Origin: an uncultured Gemmatimonadaceae bacterium
GTDB taxonomy: Bacteria > Gemmatimonadota > Gemmatimonadetes > Gemmatimonadales > Gemmatimonadaceae
Direction: 5' to 3'
Assembly (NCBI GenBank): GCA_963790305.1
Contig: CAWBOC010000007.1
Span: 214,525 to 278,524 of the forward strand
Length of the DNA stretch: 64,000 nucleotides
This document shows, piece by piece, positions 10,055 to 18,497 of the stretch. The notes beneath the pieces were generated by a model. The model made no database searches and was not told where the DNA came from. It worked only from the letters and a program-made list of their open reading frames with translations. Each line of letters begins with the position of its first letter. The first letter of the stretch is position 1. Both the position numbers and the translations under genes were made by a program.

Positions 10055-10962
10055 AGCGCGCCGTGGTCATCGGCGCCGGCGAGATCGGTGCAGGCTGGGC
10101 CGCGCTGTTCGCGGCCCACGGCGTGGACGTGACGCTCGTGGACCCGGACGCGGACGCGCTGTCCCGCGCGCATGTGGCCCTCGAGGAGGCGCGGGCGTTA
10201 GGCGCCGGCCGCGGGAAGGCCGGCGTGTTCACGGCCATGCACGATGTCGAGCCAGCCATGGAGGAAGCCGACTGGATCCAGGAGGCAATACCCGAGGCGC
10301 TCGAGCTCAAGCAGTCACTTTTCGCGCGCGTCGAGAGTCTCGCGCCATCGAGCGCGATCATCGCATCGAGCACGTCTTCGCTCACCCGCGCACAGCTGTC
10401 CGAAGGGATGCGGGAGCCGGCGCGATTGCTGATCGTGCACCCGCTGCATCCAGTGTACGCCGTGCCCGTCGTCGAAGTGAACGTCGATGGGACGGTCCCC
10501 CCTGCGACGGTCGAGCGTGTTCTGGCGACGCTCCGCTCGCTCGGCCGAGAGCCGGTGGTCGTGAGCGGGGATCGCCCGGGGCTGGTCGCGAACCGCCTCA
10601 CGGCTGCCGTCCTTCGTGAGGCGCTCGACCTCATCTCGACGGGGACGATCCGCGCCGCGGATCTCGATCGCCTCGTCGCGCGGGGGATCGCGCTGGGCTG
10701 GGCCGCGCGCGGCCCGCTGATGACGGAGATCATCGGCGCCCAGCTCGATGCTCCCGAGGGTCTGCCCGGTGCACTCGACGCGACGCTTGCACCGCTCTGG
10801 CGCACGCTCGCCTCGTGGGGCGCGCTCGATCCGACGGCACGCGCGACCGTGGAGCGCGACCTGCGGAGCTCGTTAGGGGAGATGCAAAAAGCCCACGCAG
10901 CTGGCGAGAGCACGTGGGCAAAAACACTGTCGCGCGTCGCCCGCGCCGCGGAAGCCGACTAG
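10051..10962 (+). CDS. 3-hydroxyacyl-CoA dehydrogenase family (carnitine/gulonate dehydrogenase-like)
   Basis: GAGEIG Rossmann motif, QEAIPE.LELK, ASSTS, PGLVANRL; ATGA overlap. Confidence 0.85.
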   Translation: MKRAVVIGAGEIGAGWAALFAAHGVDVTLVDPDADALSRAHVALEEARALGAGRGKAGVFTAMHDVEPAMEEADWIQEAIPEALELKQSLFARVESLAPSSAIIASSTSSLTRAQLSEGMREPARLLIVHPLHPVYAVPVVEVNVDGTVPPATVERVLATLRSLGREPVVVSGDRPGLVANRLTAAVLREALDLISTGTIRAADLDRLVARGIALGWAARGPLMTEIIGAQLDAPEGLPGALDATLAPLWRTLASWGALDPTARATVERDLRSSLGEMQKAHAAGESTWAKTLSRVARAAEAD

Positions 10963-11372
10963 CTGGCCCGTTCCCTGGCGACCCAGGCCGCCGTTTCCCG
11001 GATTTCCTCCCGCGACTCGCCGAGTGTATACGAAGGCTCACCAAATCGGCGCACCCCGCGGAGGATGAGGAACACGCCCAGACCCACCTCGATGATTCCG
11101 GTGACGAGGGCGCCGACCCAATAGTTTCCATCCGCGAGGCGGCCGATGAGCGCCACGAACGCGATCGTCAGGGCGACCAGCGCGATCACCGCGATGCCGA
11201 ACGCCATCGACAGCCACAGAACACCTCGTGCACCCGTTCGGATGCTTTCCTTCACTTCCAGCTTCCCGAGCAGCATCTCGTCGCGAACCAACCGCTTCGA
11301 GTCTGACGCGAGCTGGCCTACGAGTTCCGTGATTCCGGTGTCGGGGTCAATGTGGACCGCGTGCGCTGCCAA
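10959..11372 (-). CDS. YqjE/'phage holin family' two-TM membrane protein
   Basis: ELV.QL..D...LVRDE..L.K.E then two TM helices; GGAGGAG RBS before TTG at 11372. Confidence 0.75.
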   Translation of the reverse strand: MAAHAVHIDPDTGITELVGQLASDSKRLVRDEMLLGKLEVKESIRTGARGVLWLSMAFGIAVIALVALTIAFVALIGRLADGNYWVGALVTGIIEVGLGVFLILRGVRRFGEPSYTLGESREEIRETAAWVARERAS

Positions 11373-11419
11373 GTCTCCTCCCTCCGTGATTCGCATTCGT
11401 GTGCTCGCGGAGGTTTGAG

Positions 11420-11434
11420 GCAACAGGTGTGCCG
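11420..11434 (-). promoter_or_regulatory. sigma54 -24/-12 promoter
   Basis: CGGCAC-ACCTG-TTGC on the minus strand. Confidence 0.6.
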
Positions 11435-11439
11435 GGAAG

Positions 11440-11529
11440 AGCTAAAGGCGCTAGAAGCGCTAGAAGCGCTAGGGGCGCTCGATGAATCCGTCCAGCGCCT
11501 TTAGCGCCTCTAGCGCTTCTAGCGCCTCA
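11440..11529. repeat. inverted 9-mer tandem repeat hairpin, family B (GCGCTAGAG)n..(CTCTAGCGC)n
   Basis: about 4 units per arm; the mntR stop lies at the arm edge. Confidence 0.9.
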
Positions 11530-12207
11530 GCCCCTCTCCACCTGCACCACGCTCGCGAGCCCCGGCCCCACCTGGTGCTCGGCGGTTCCGACGCGGAGCG
11601 TGATCGGGCCGCCGAAGGGAGCCTGGGCGAGGACGCTGACGATCACGCCCGGGACGAGACCCAGCTCACCCAGGTAGCGCAGCCGCGGCGCGTCGTCGTC
11701 GCTCACCCGGACGACGCGGCCCGAGGCGCCTGCGGGGAGGTCGGCCAACGACATCAGCGAGCGCTCATCGATCTCGCCTTCCCGGGTGGGAATCGGCGCG
11801 CCATGCGGATCGACCGAAGGCTCGCCGATGGCGGCCGCCATGCGATCGATGAGCTCCTCCGACGCGGCGTGCTCGAGACGCTCGGCCTCGTCGTGCACTC
11901 GGTCCCAAGCGTACCCCAGCGCGCGGGTGAGATACGCTTCGATGATCCAATGCCGGCGCAGCATGCGCAGCGCGATCCGTCGGCCTTCGTCGGTGAGGCG
12001 CACGCCACGGTATCGCTCGTGCGCGAGCAACCCCTGCTCGGCCAGACGGCGCACCATCCCGCTCACCGACGCGGGGGCGATGGCGAGACGGTGCGCGATG
12101 TCGGTCGTCGCCGCTGCCCCCGACAGGCGCTCGATCTCGTAGATCACCTTCAGGTAATCCTCGACCGGCGCGGTGACGTCGTCGGGATTTCGCGTCGTCA
12201 TCATCAT
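11527..12207 (-). CDS. mntR: DtxR/MntR metal-dependent repressor with C-terminal FeoA domain
   Basis: VEDYLKVIY, HDEAERLEHA.S, DPHG.PIP, LRYLGELGL.PG. Confidence 0.9.
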   Translation of the reverse strand: MMMTTRNPDDVTAPVEDYLKVIYEIERLSGAAATTDIAHRLAIAPASVSGMVRRLAEQGLLAHERYRGVRLTDEGRRIALRMLRRHWIIEAYLTRALGYAWDRVHDEAERLEHAASEELIDRMAAAIGEPSVDPHGAPIPTREGEIDERSLMSLADLPAGASGRVVRVSDDDAPRLRYLGELGLVPGVIVSVLAQAPFGGPITLRVGTAEHQVGPGLASVVQVERG

Positions 12208-12340
12208 CAAGGTCGCACCCACGCCGAAGCGATCTGCACGAGGAGCCACGCGGTGAGCGATGCGATGATCAGCGCCTGAGCCATCGCGGATTCACCAACT
12301 CCCCCATCTTAATCCGGTCGGAGGTGAAGCGCACCAGCGC
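12207..12340 (-). pseudogene. mntH: 3' remnant of an Nramp/MntH transporter
   Basis: minus strand reads LVRFTSDRIKMGELVNPRWLR, then in a shifted frame ALIIASLTAWLLVQIASAWVRP*; TGATG overlap with mntR. Confidence 0.7.
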
Positions 12341-12357
12341 AGTGGTGCGACGGCGCG

Positions 12358-13023
12358 CTAGGCGAGCGAGAGGAACTGCCGCAGGATGCGCTCGGTCAGC
12401 CCCCAGATGGTGTGAGCGCCATGCTGAAAGCTCATCACCGTGCGAGGCCCCGTGGCGAGCTCGAGCACGACCTCACGCGAAACGTCCGGATCGCGCAGCG
12501 CGGCCACGTCGACCCAGAACCACTCGGCGACCTCGGGGCTGGCGACAATGTCGACGTCGAATCTCACCAAAGCGACAAAGGGCGTGATGATGATCGGTGG
12601 CAGGACGGGAGTGCGCGGCGCCAGCTCGTCGAGGCATCCGAGCAGGCGGCCATCACGCTCGAGATCGATGGCCGTCTCCTCCCATGTCTCGCGCACGACG
12701 GTGCGCTCCAGCGTCGGGTCGCCGGGCTCGCTGCGCCCACCGGGGAGCGCGACGTGGCCGCTCCACGGGTCGCCCTCGAACGTCGCGCGCTTGATCATGA
12801 GGAGTTGCGGCGTCGGCGGCTCGCGGGTTTCATCGAGCCTGACGAGGAGCGCCACCGCGGCCCGTCGCGAGGCATCCCCAGGATCGACGAGCGCCGGCGC
12901 CCTTCCCGCCATCGCCCGCACGAGCGGCGCGATCTCCGGATGCTGGGCGATCCGGTCAAGCTCGGTTCTCGTTCTCGTTTCCGTGTGATGCGGCACGCTA
13001 CCCCTCGATTTCTCCCCCCGCAT
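12358..13023 (-). CDS. Nudix CoA pyrophosphatase (NudL-like)
   Basis: WSGHVALPGG...TVVRETWEE, IWGLT. Confidence 0.9.
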   Translation of the reverse strand: MRGEKSRGSVPHHTETRTRTELDRIAQHPEIAPLVRAMAGRAPALVDPGDASRRAAVALLVRLDETREPPTPQLLMIKRATFEGDPWSGHVALPGGRSEPGDPTLERTVVRETWEETAIDLERDGRLLGCLDELAPRTPVLPPIIITPFVALVRFDVDIVASPEVAEWFWVDVAALRDPDVSREVVLELATGPRTVMSFQHGAHTIWGLTERILRQFLSLA

Positions 13024-13354
13024 CGACCCACGACTGAATGCCGCCGGTCATGGATGCGACATCGCCATATCCCATTTCACGCATGGTGTCGGCGGCGAGC
13101 GCCGAGCGATTCCCCCGGGCGCAGTAGAGCACGACTTTGCGCTCACGCGGAACCGCTCCTTCGATTTTCCCTTCGAGCGTCCCGCGCGCGACGTGCACCG
13201 CGCCCGGCAGATGCCCGAGATTCCACTCCCGATCCTCGCGCACGTCGATGATGGCAAAGTCCTCGCCGCGCTCGCGCATCTGGATGACGTCGCGGGCGGA
13301 GATTTCTTTGATGCGTGCTTTGGCGTCCTGGATGAGTTGGTGACCGGATTTCAT
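12998..13354 (-). CDS. rhodanese-like protein
   Basis: IDVRE..EW..GHLPGA, YCARGNRS. Confidence 0.9.
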   Translation of the reverse strand: MKSGHQLIQDAKARIKEISARDVIQMRERGEDFAIIDVREDREWNLGHLPGAVHVARGTLEGKIEGAVPRERKVVLYCARGNRSALAADTMREMGYGDVASMTGGIQSWVDAGGEIEG

Positions 13355-13359
13355 GATGT

Positions 13360-13399
13360 GAGGTTGTCGAGGTCGTCGAGGTCGTCGAGGTCGTCGAGG
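13360..13399. repeat. family A left arm flanking the four-helix-bundle gene
   Basis: GTTGTCGAG(GTCGTCGAG)x3. Confidence 0.9.
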
Positions 13400-13454
13400 G
13401 CGGCGCGCGGCGTTTTGATGCCGCGAACTCCGCTTATCTGCTCAATGCTAGCAC

Positions 13455-13872
13455 ATGAGTGCACCCGACCCTCCGAAACATGGGCACACGGCGACGCGAA
13501 CCCACCGCGATCTCGTCGTGTGGAGGGAAAGCATGCGTCTTCTCATTGAGGTTTATCACCTCGCCAAGGATTTGCCAACAAGCGAACTCTATGGTCTATC
13601 GTCGCAATTGCGTCGTGCGGCACTATCTATCCCGACTAACATTTCGGAGGGGTTCGGCCGGCGCGCGCCAGGTGAGTTGCGGCGCTTTCTATCGATCGCC
13701 GAAGGCTCACTTCGCGAGCTCCAAACATTGCTCGAGGCGGTAGCTCTCCTTTCATTACCTGCCTGCGGAAAGGCTCGAGGTGTCCGTGGCCACCGCCAAC
13801 CGCGTGGGATTCCTCATCTATCGATTCAGGCAGACAGTGAGGCCCAAGTGTGCGTCTCCCCGATCACCTTGA
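13455..13872 (+). CDS. four helix bundle protein (23S rRNA IVP / Avd-like family); +1 frameshift near 13750
   Basis: HRDLVVW.ES..L...VY.L...LP..E.YGL.SQLRRAA.SIP.NI.EG.GR....F..IA.GSL.E; removing one T gives LLHYLPAERLEV...LIYRFRQ...* ending at 13872. Confidence 0.85.
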
Positions 13873-13898
13873 CGACGTCGATCACCTCGATCACCTCG
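13861..13898. repeat. family A right arm flanking the four-helix-bundle gene
   Basis: (CGATCACCT)-type x4, reverse complement of the left arm; contains the stops of both convergent genes. Confidence 0.85.
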
Positions 13899-14811
13899 GC
13901 AGCACAGAAACGCTCCGCGCCCCAGCATCCAGCTCCCCCACCGCGCCCAGCGCCATCGTCCACTGCTCGCTCACGTGACCGACCGGCACCCCCGCGAGAC
14001 ACGGGACTCGCAACCAGTCGGCCAGCTCGAGCAAGACATCGTCGAGAGTTCGCGCGCCGTCGTCGGCCTCTTCGGGGCAATTGGTGCAGTCGCCAAAGAT
14101 GATGGCGCGCACGCCGTGCAGCGCGCCGGAGAGACGCAGCTGCGCCAGCATGCGATCAATGCGATAGACCGCTTCGTTCACATCCTCGAGCACGAGCAAC
14201 GCGCCGTCGAGGGGCGGGAGGTAGGGCGTTCCCACCAGCGCCGCGAATACGGCGAGATTACCTCCTTCTAATCGGCCGCGCGCCCGGCCCGGTCGGAGGA
14301 CGCGCGCACGTTCCGCCACCCCGCAGGAGTCTTCCCCGCGCATCACGGCTCGCTCCAACGAGGCGCGCGAGAACGGCGAGAGCGGCGTGCGCGCCGTCGG
14401 GGCGTGGTACGACACGATCCCTGCCTGACGAGCGATCGCGCCGTGCAGCGCAGTCACATCGGAATAGCCAAGGATGGGCTTGGCATGTCCGCGCAGCGCG
14501 CTCCAGTCGATGCGATCGAGCACACGCATCGCGCCATAGCCACCGCGAAGGCACCACACGCCATCAACGCGCCGATCGCGTAGCGCATCGTTGAGATCGG
14601 CCGCGCGCATCTCGTCGTCACCGGCGAAGTAGCCGGTGCGCGCGAGTGCATGTGGTGACACGACCGGTTCCCATCCGAGCGCGCGCACGTTCGCGATCGC
14701 GCGCTCGACATCATCGGGTCCACGGAGTGGGCCGGCGGGTGCGACGAGTGCGACGCGCGCACCAGCTCCGAGTGGTGGCGGTGCACGGCGCGCACTGGAT
14801 GCAACGGTCAT
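13891..14811 (-). CDS. ldcA: LD-carboxypeptidase, peptidase S66
   Basis: RGGYGA, GYSD.TAL, GGNL, LEDV.E..YRIDRML.QL, GH. Confidence 0.9.
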   Translation of the reverse strand: MTVASSARRAPPPLGAGARVALVAPAGPLRGPDDVERAIANVRALGWEPVVSPHALARTGYFAGDDEMRAADLNDALRDRRVDGVWCLRGGYGAMRVLDRIDWSALRGHAKPILGYSDVTALHGAIARQAGIVSYHAPTARTPLSPFSRASLERAVMRGEDSCGVAERARVLRPGRARGRLEGGNLAVFAALVGTPYLPPLDGALLVLEDVNEAVYRIDRMLAQLRLSGALHGVRAIIFGDCTNCPEEADDGARTLDDVLLELADWLRVPCLAGVPVGHVSEQWTMALGAVGELDAGARSVSVLPR

Positions 14812-14949
14812 GCGCGTCGTTCGTGGTGATCGCGATCGAGCGCGTAAGAAAAGCGTGCCATTGTCATTCGATGAATCGCGCAACGTAGATGCGCAAGCGG
14901 GGCCGGTCAACCACGCGTGCATCGCGCTTTACGCACCCATTGAAACGCA

Positions 14950-14964
14950 TGGCACACGCGTTGC
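14950..14964 (+). promoter_or_regulatory. sigma54 -24/-12 promoter
   Basis: TGGCAC-ACGCG-TTGC, 75 bp upstream of the Gly-rich gene. Confidence 0.65.
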
Positions 14965-15039
14965 CCCTTTGCGCGTCCCCAAGGGCGGCGTACGCCGCCG
15001 TGACGAGAAAGTACCTGACTCAGTTCGGAGGACACGACC

Positions 15040-15687
15040 ATGGCGGATCGCAACAAGGACCAGAATGAGGATCTCGGCTCGCAAGGCGGTCAGGGAGGAA
15101 TGAGCGGATCCCCAGGAGGTTCGCAGAGTGGATCGCTCGGTGGATCGCGTGGTGGCGCTGGTGGGCAGCAGGGCAGCTCACGGACCGGAAGCTCGGGCGC
15201 CGACAGTGAAGGCTTCGGTGCGTCAGGTGCCGGATCGACTGGTGGCGCTGGCGGTTCGAGTGGACGCAGCGGCGGCGCCGGCGGTTATGGCGCGTCGGGC
15301 TCCGAGAGCGACATCGATGACGAGAGCATCGGTGATGAAAGCTCAGGATCGGGCGGCGGGCTGAGCGGCAAGGATAAGGATCGCGGCGGCCAGGGTGGCG
15401 GCGGCGGCGGCGGTGGCCAGCGCGGCGGTGGCGGCGGTGGTCAGGGTGGTGGCGGACAGGGTGGTGGCGGCGGCGGCGGACAGCGCGGCCCCGGTCAGGG
15501 CGGCGGCGGTCAGGGCGGCGGTCAGGGCGGCGGCCAGGGTGGTGGCGGTGGACAGCGCGGCGGCGGTGGCGGTGGCCAGGGTGGTGGTGGTGGCGGACAG
15601 GGCGGCGGCCAGGGTGGTGGCGGTGGACAGCGCGGCGGTGGCGGCGGCGGAATGGGCGGAGGCGGCGGCCAGGGCGGCAATCGCTAA
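15040..15687 (+). CDS. Gly/Gln/Ser-rich intrinsically disordered protein
   Basis: GGAGGA RBS, GGGGQ(R) repeats, own terminator. Confidence 0.7.
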   Translation: MADRNKDQNEDLGSQGGQGGMSGSPGGSQSGSLGGSRGGAGGQQGSSRTGSSGADSEGFGASGAGSTGGAGGSSGRSGGAGGYGASGSESDIDDESIGDESSGSGGGLSGKDKDRGGQGGGGGGGGQRGGGGGGQGGGGQGGGGGGGQRGPGQGGGGQGGGQGGGQGGGGGQRGGGGGGQGGGGGGQGGGQGGGGGQRGGGGGGMGGGGGQGGNR

Positions 15688-15702
15688 CGCATCAGCGTTT
15701 CC

Positions 15703-15734
15703 AAAAGGGCGCCCTTGGGGCGCCCTTTTTTTTT
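15703..15734 (+). terminator. intrinsic terminator
   Basis: AAAAGGGCGCCC..GGGCGCCCTTTTTTTTT. Confidence 0.9.
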
Positions 15735-15781
15735 GCGCCCGGTTGCTCGCGCGCTCCCGCATGCGCTCGTAACTTCGCCGC

Positions 15782-17077
15782 ATGTCGCTCACCGTGCGGG
15801 TACTGATCGGCCTCGTCGCCGGGCTCCTCGTCGGTTTCGGCGCGAATGCATTTCCCGGCCTGCGCGGCGTCATCCCATGGATCGAGCCCCTGGGATCGAT
15901 CTTCATCAATGCCATTCGGATGACGGTCGTCCCGCTCGTGGTCGCGAGCCTCGTCGTGGGCGTCGCCGGCGCGCCGGACGCGCGCGCGATCGGACGCGTG
16001 GGATGGAGGGCACTCGCGCTATTCGTGCTTCTCGTCCTCGCCGGCGCGATCTTCGGCGCGATCGTCGCGCAGCCCATTCTCGTCCGCATGATCGATCCGG
16101 GCGCGGCGGGCGCGATCGCGTCAGGCACCGCCGGCCAGCTCGCCGGCGCGGCGCAGGAAGGCGCGCAACGCCTGCCGAGCTTCGCGCAATGGCTGATCGA
16201 TCTCGTGCCCTCGAATCCCATTCGCGCTGCCGCCGACGGAGCAATGTTGCCGCTCATCGTCTTCTCTCTCCTCTTCGGTGTGGCATTGCTGCGGCTCGAT
16301 GCCGCGCGTCGTCGCCCCATCATTGGTTTTTTCGAAGGCGTCGCTGACGCCATGCTCGTGCTCGTTCGATGGGTGCTGGTGCTCGCGCCGATCGGCGTGT
16401 TCGCGCTCGCCGTGCCGCTCGCGGCCCGGATGGGGCTGGCGGCCGCGGGGGCGCTCGCCGGCTTCGTCATCCTCGTCTCGGCGCTTTCGGTCGCCTTCAT
16501 GGCGCTGGTGCTCTATCCAGCGGCCTCCGTCATTGGGCGCGTGCCGTTAGGCGCGTTTGCGCGGGCAATCGCGCCCTCGCAAGCGGTCGCCTTCAGCTCG
16601 CGCTCCTCGCTCGCCGCCTTGCCGGCGATGATCGAGGCGGCGGAGACGCGGCTCGGCTTCCCGCCGGAGATCTCGCGCTTCCTCCTCCCGTTGTCGGCAT
16701 CGACCTTTCGCGCGGGATCCGGCGTCGGTCTCACCGTGAGTGTGCTGTTCGTCGCGCGACTGTACGGCGTCGATCTGAGCGTGGCGCAGATGGCAACCGT
16801 CATCGCCACCGTTCTGCTCACGAGCTTCAGCGTGCCCGGAATCCCGAACGGGTCGATCATCGCCATGGTGCCGATTCTCGTGGCCGCCGGCATCCCCGTC
16901 GAGGGAATCGGAATACTGCTGAGCATCGATACGATCCCCGACATGTTCCGCACGACGACGAACGTGACCGGCCACATGACCGCGGCGGCGATTCTTTCAC
17001 GGTCCCGCTCGCGCGCGCTGGTCCCGATGGCCGAGGTACCGGCGGCCGCTCCACTCCCGGGAGCCACGAACCCATGA
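15782..17077 (+). CDS. dicarboxylate/amino acid:cation symporter (GltP/DAACS)
   Basis: PSNPI.AA, AFSSRSSLAALP, DMFRTTTNVTG. Confidence 0.9.
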   Translation: MSLTVRVLIGLVAGLLVGFGANAFPGLRGVIPWIEPLGSIFINAIRMTVVPLVVASLVVGVAGAPDARAIGRVGWRALALFVLLVLAGAIFGAIVAQPILVRMIDPGAAGAIASGTAGQLAGAAQEGAQRLPSFAQWLIDLVPSNPIRAAADGAMLPLIVFSLLFGVALLRLDAARRRPIIGFFEGVADAMLVLVRWVLVLAPIGVFALAVPLAARMGLAAAGALAGFVILVSALSVAFMALVLYPAASVIGRVPLGAFARAIAPSQAVAFSSRSSLAALPAMIEAAETRLGFPPEISRFLLPLSASTFRAGSGVGLTVSVLFVARLYGVDLSVAQMATVIATVLLTSFSVPGIPNGSIIAMVPILVAAGIPVEGIGILLSIDTIPDMFRTTTNVTGHMTAAAILSRSRSRALVPMAEVPAAAPLPGATNP

Positions 17078-18228
17078 GTTGGGCGCCGCTCCTCGCAGCG
17101 GCGCCCTGGTTGGCGGCGGTCGCGATCGTTCTCTGGCGCGTCAGCCAATCGCGCCATCTCGACGAGTACGCCGCCGAGCCTCCGCCCGACGCGCCACGGC
17201 TGAGCGTGATCGTGCCGGCGCGCAACGAGTCGGCGAACATCACGCGATGCGTGGCGTCGCTGTGCGCGTCGTCGTACCCGTCGCTCGACATCATCGTGGT
17301 GGACGACCACTCCACCGACGACACGGCACGTCTCGCGCGTGACGCGGGCGCCGGCAGCCCGCGACTGCGTGTCGTGTCCGCACCTGAGCTCGGGTCGGAC
17401 TGGCTCGGGAAACAGTGGGCCTGTGCGCATGGCGCATCGCTCGCGCGCGGCCAGGTGCTCTGCTTCACCGACGCCGACACCGTGCATGCGCCGGATCTCC
17501 ACGTGCGCTCGGTGCGTGCGCTGCTCGATCGGGGCGCCGATCTGCTCTCGGTCGCCGGCACGCAGGAGCTGGGCACGTTCTGGGAGCGTCTCGTGCAGCC
17601 GCAAATCTTTGCGCTCCTGTTCGCTCGATACGGCGGGACCGAGATCGTCTCGCGCGCGAGGCGCCCTGAAGATGTCATCGCCAATGGGCAGTACATGCTC
17701 TTTCGGCGGGCATCGTACGACGCGTTAGGCGGCCACGCCAGCGTTCGCCGAAAGGTCGCTGAGGACCTCGCCCTCGCGATGCGCGCCAAACAGCACGGAA
17801 TGCAGGTGCACATCATCCAGGGGCTCGGCCAGTTGTCGACGCGCATGTACGCGTCACTCAGTGCCCTGGTGCGCGGCTGGATGAAGAACGTGTACGCCGG
17901 TGGCATCGAGACACTTCCCGCGAGCCGGATCTGGCGCCTGCTGTATCCGGCGATGCTGTTGGCGCCGATCCTGTTCTGGCTCGCGCCGCCCGTCGTGCTT
18001 GGACTGTGGCTGGCAGACGTCGTTTCGGACAGCGCAGGAACCTGGGCACTCGCCGCCTGCGCCATCCTCCTTGTGTGGTGGCTGACCGTCTACACCGCCA
18101 TGACCCGCCGCCCGTGGTACGCTCTCGCGGCCCCCATGGGAAATTTGCTTCTCGGTTACATCTTCCTGCGCGCGATTGCGCGGGGCACGCGGGTGGAGTG
18201 GAAGGGGCGGGAGTACGAGGTGAACTAG
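17074..18228 (+). CDS. glycosyltransferase family 2 (CrtQ/HpnB-like)
   Basis: VPARNE, VDDHSTD.T, W.GK.WAC, FTDAD, AEDLALA, WKGR. Confidence 0.85.
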   Translation: MSWAPLLAAAPWLAAVAIVLWRVSQSRHLDEYAAEPPPDAPRLSVIVPARNESANITRCVASLCASSYPSLDIIVVDDHSTDDTARLARDAGAGSPRLRVVSAPELGSDWLGKQWACAHGASLARGQVLCFTDADTVHAPDLHVRSVRALLDRGADLLSVAGTQELGTFWERLVQPQIFALLFARYGGTEIVSRARRPEDVIANGQYMLFRRASYDALGGHASVRRKVAEDLALAMRAKQHGMQVHIIQGLGQLSTRMYASLSALVRGWMKNVYAGGIETLPASRIWRLLYPAMLLAPILFWLAPPVVLGLWLADVVSDSAGTWALAACAILLVWWLTVYTAMTRRPWYALAAPMGNLLLGYIFLRAIARGTRVEWKGREYEVN

Positions 18229-18320
18229 GGGTGAGCGAGGATGTCGAGGATGTCGAGGGTGTCGAGGAGAGCAACGACGTTCCCTCGATCACGTCGACGA
18301 CCTCGACACCCTCGCCACCT
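18229..18320. repeat. family A hairpin (empty copy)
   Basis: (GATGTCGAG)n..(CTCGACGAC)n directly after the GT2 stop. Confidence 0.85.
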
Positions 18321-18497
18321 TTACCAAGGAACCTTTCCCACCTCCGAGGTGTCGAAGTATTCGGAAGCACACCTGCTTCCACCTCCGAGTGGAACCTCCC
18401 CGGTCGCGCCTGCATGGGTGGCCGGGGAGTTCCATTTTCGAGCCCCCACGCATTGCCTCGATGAGAGCGTTGCGCCGCGGGCAGTCTACCGTGGCGC

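Noticed and set aside
10959..11372. Prophage lysis gene
   Set aside because: This 'holin' family is a common chromosomal membrane protein, and there are no phage genes nearby.
13455..13872. Diversity-generating retroelement (Avd-like gene)
   Set aside because: No reverse transcriptase and no TR/VR pair with adenine-specific mismatches were seen in the window.
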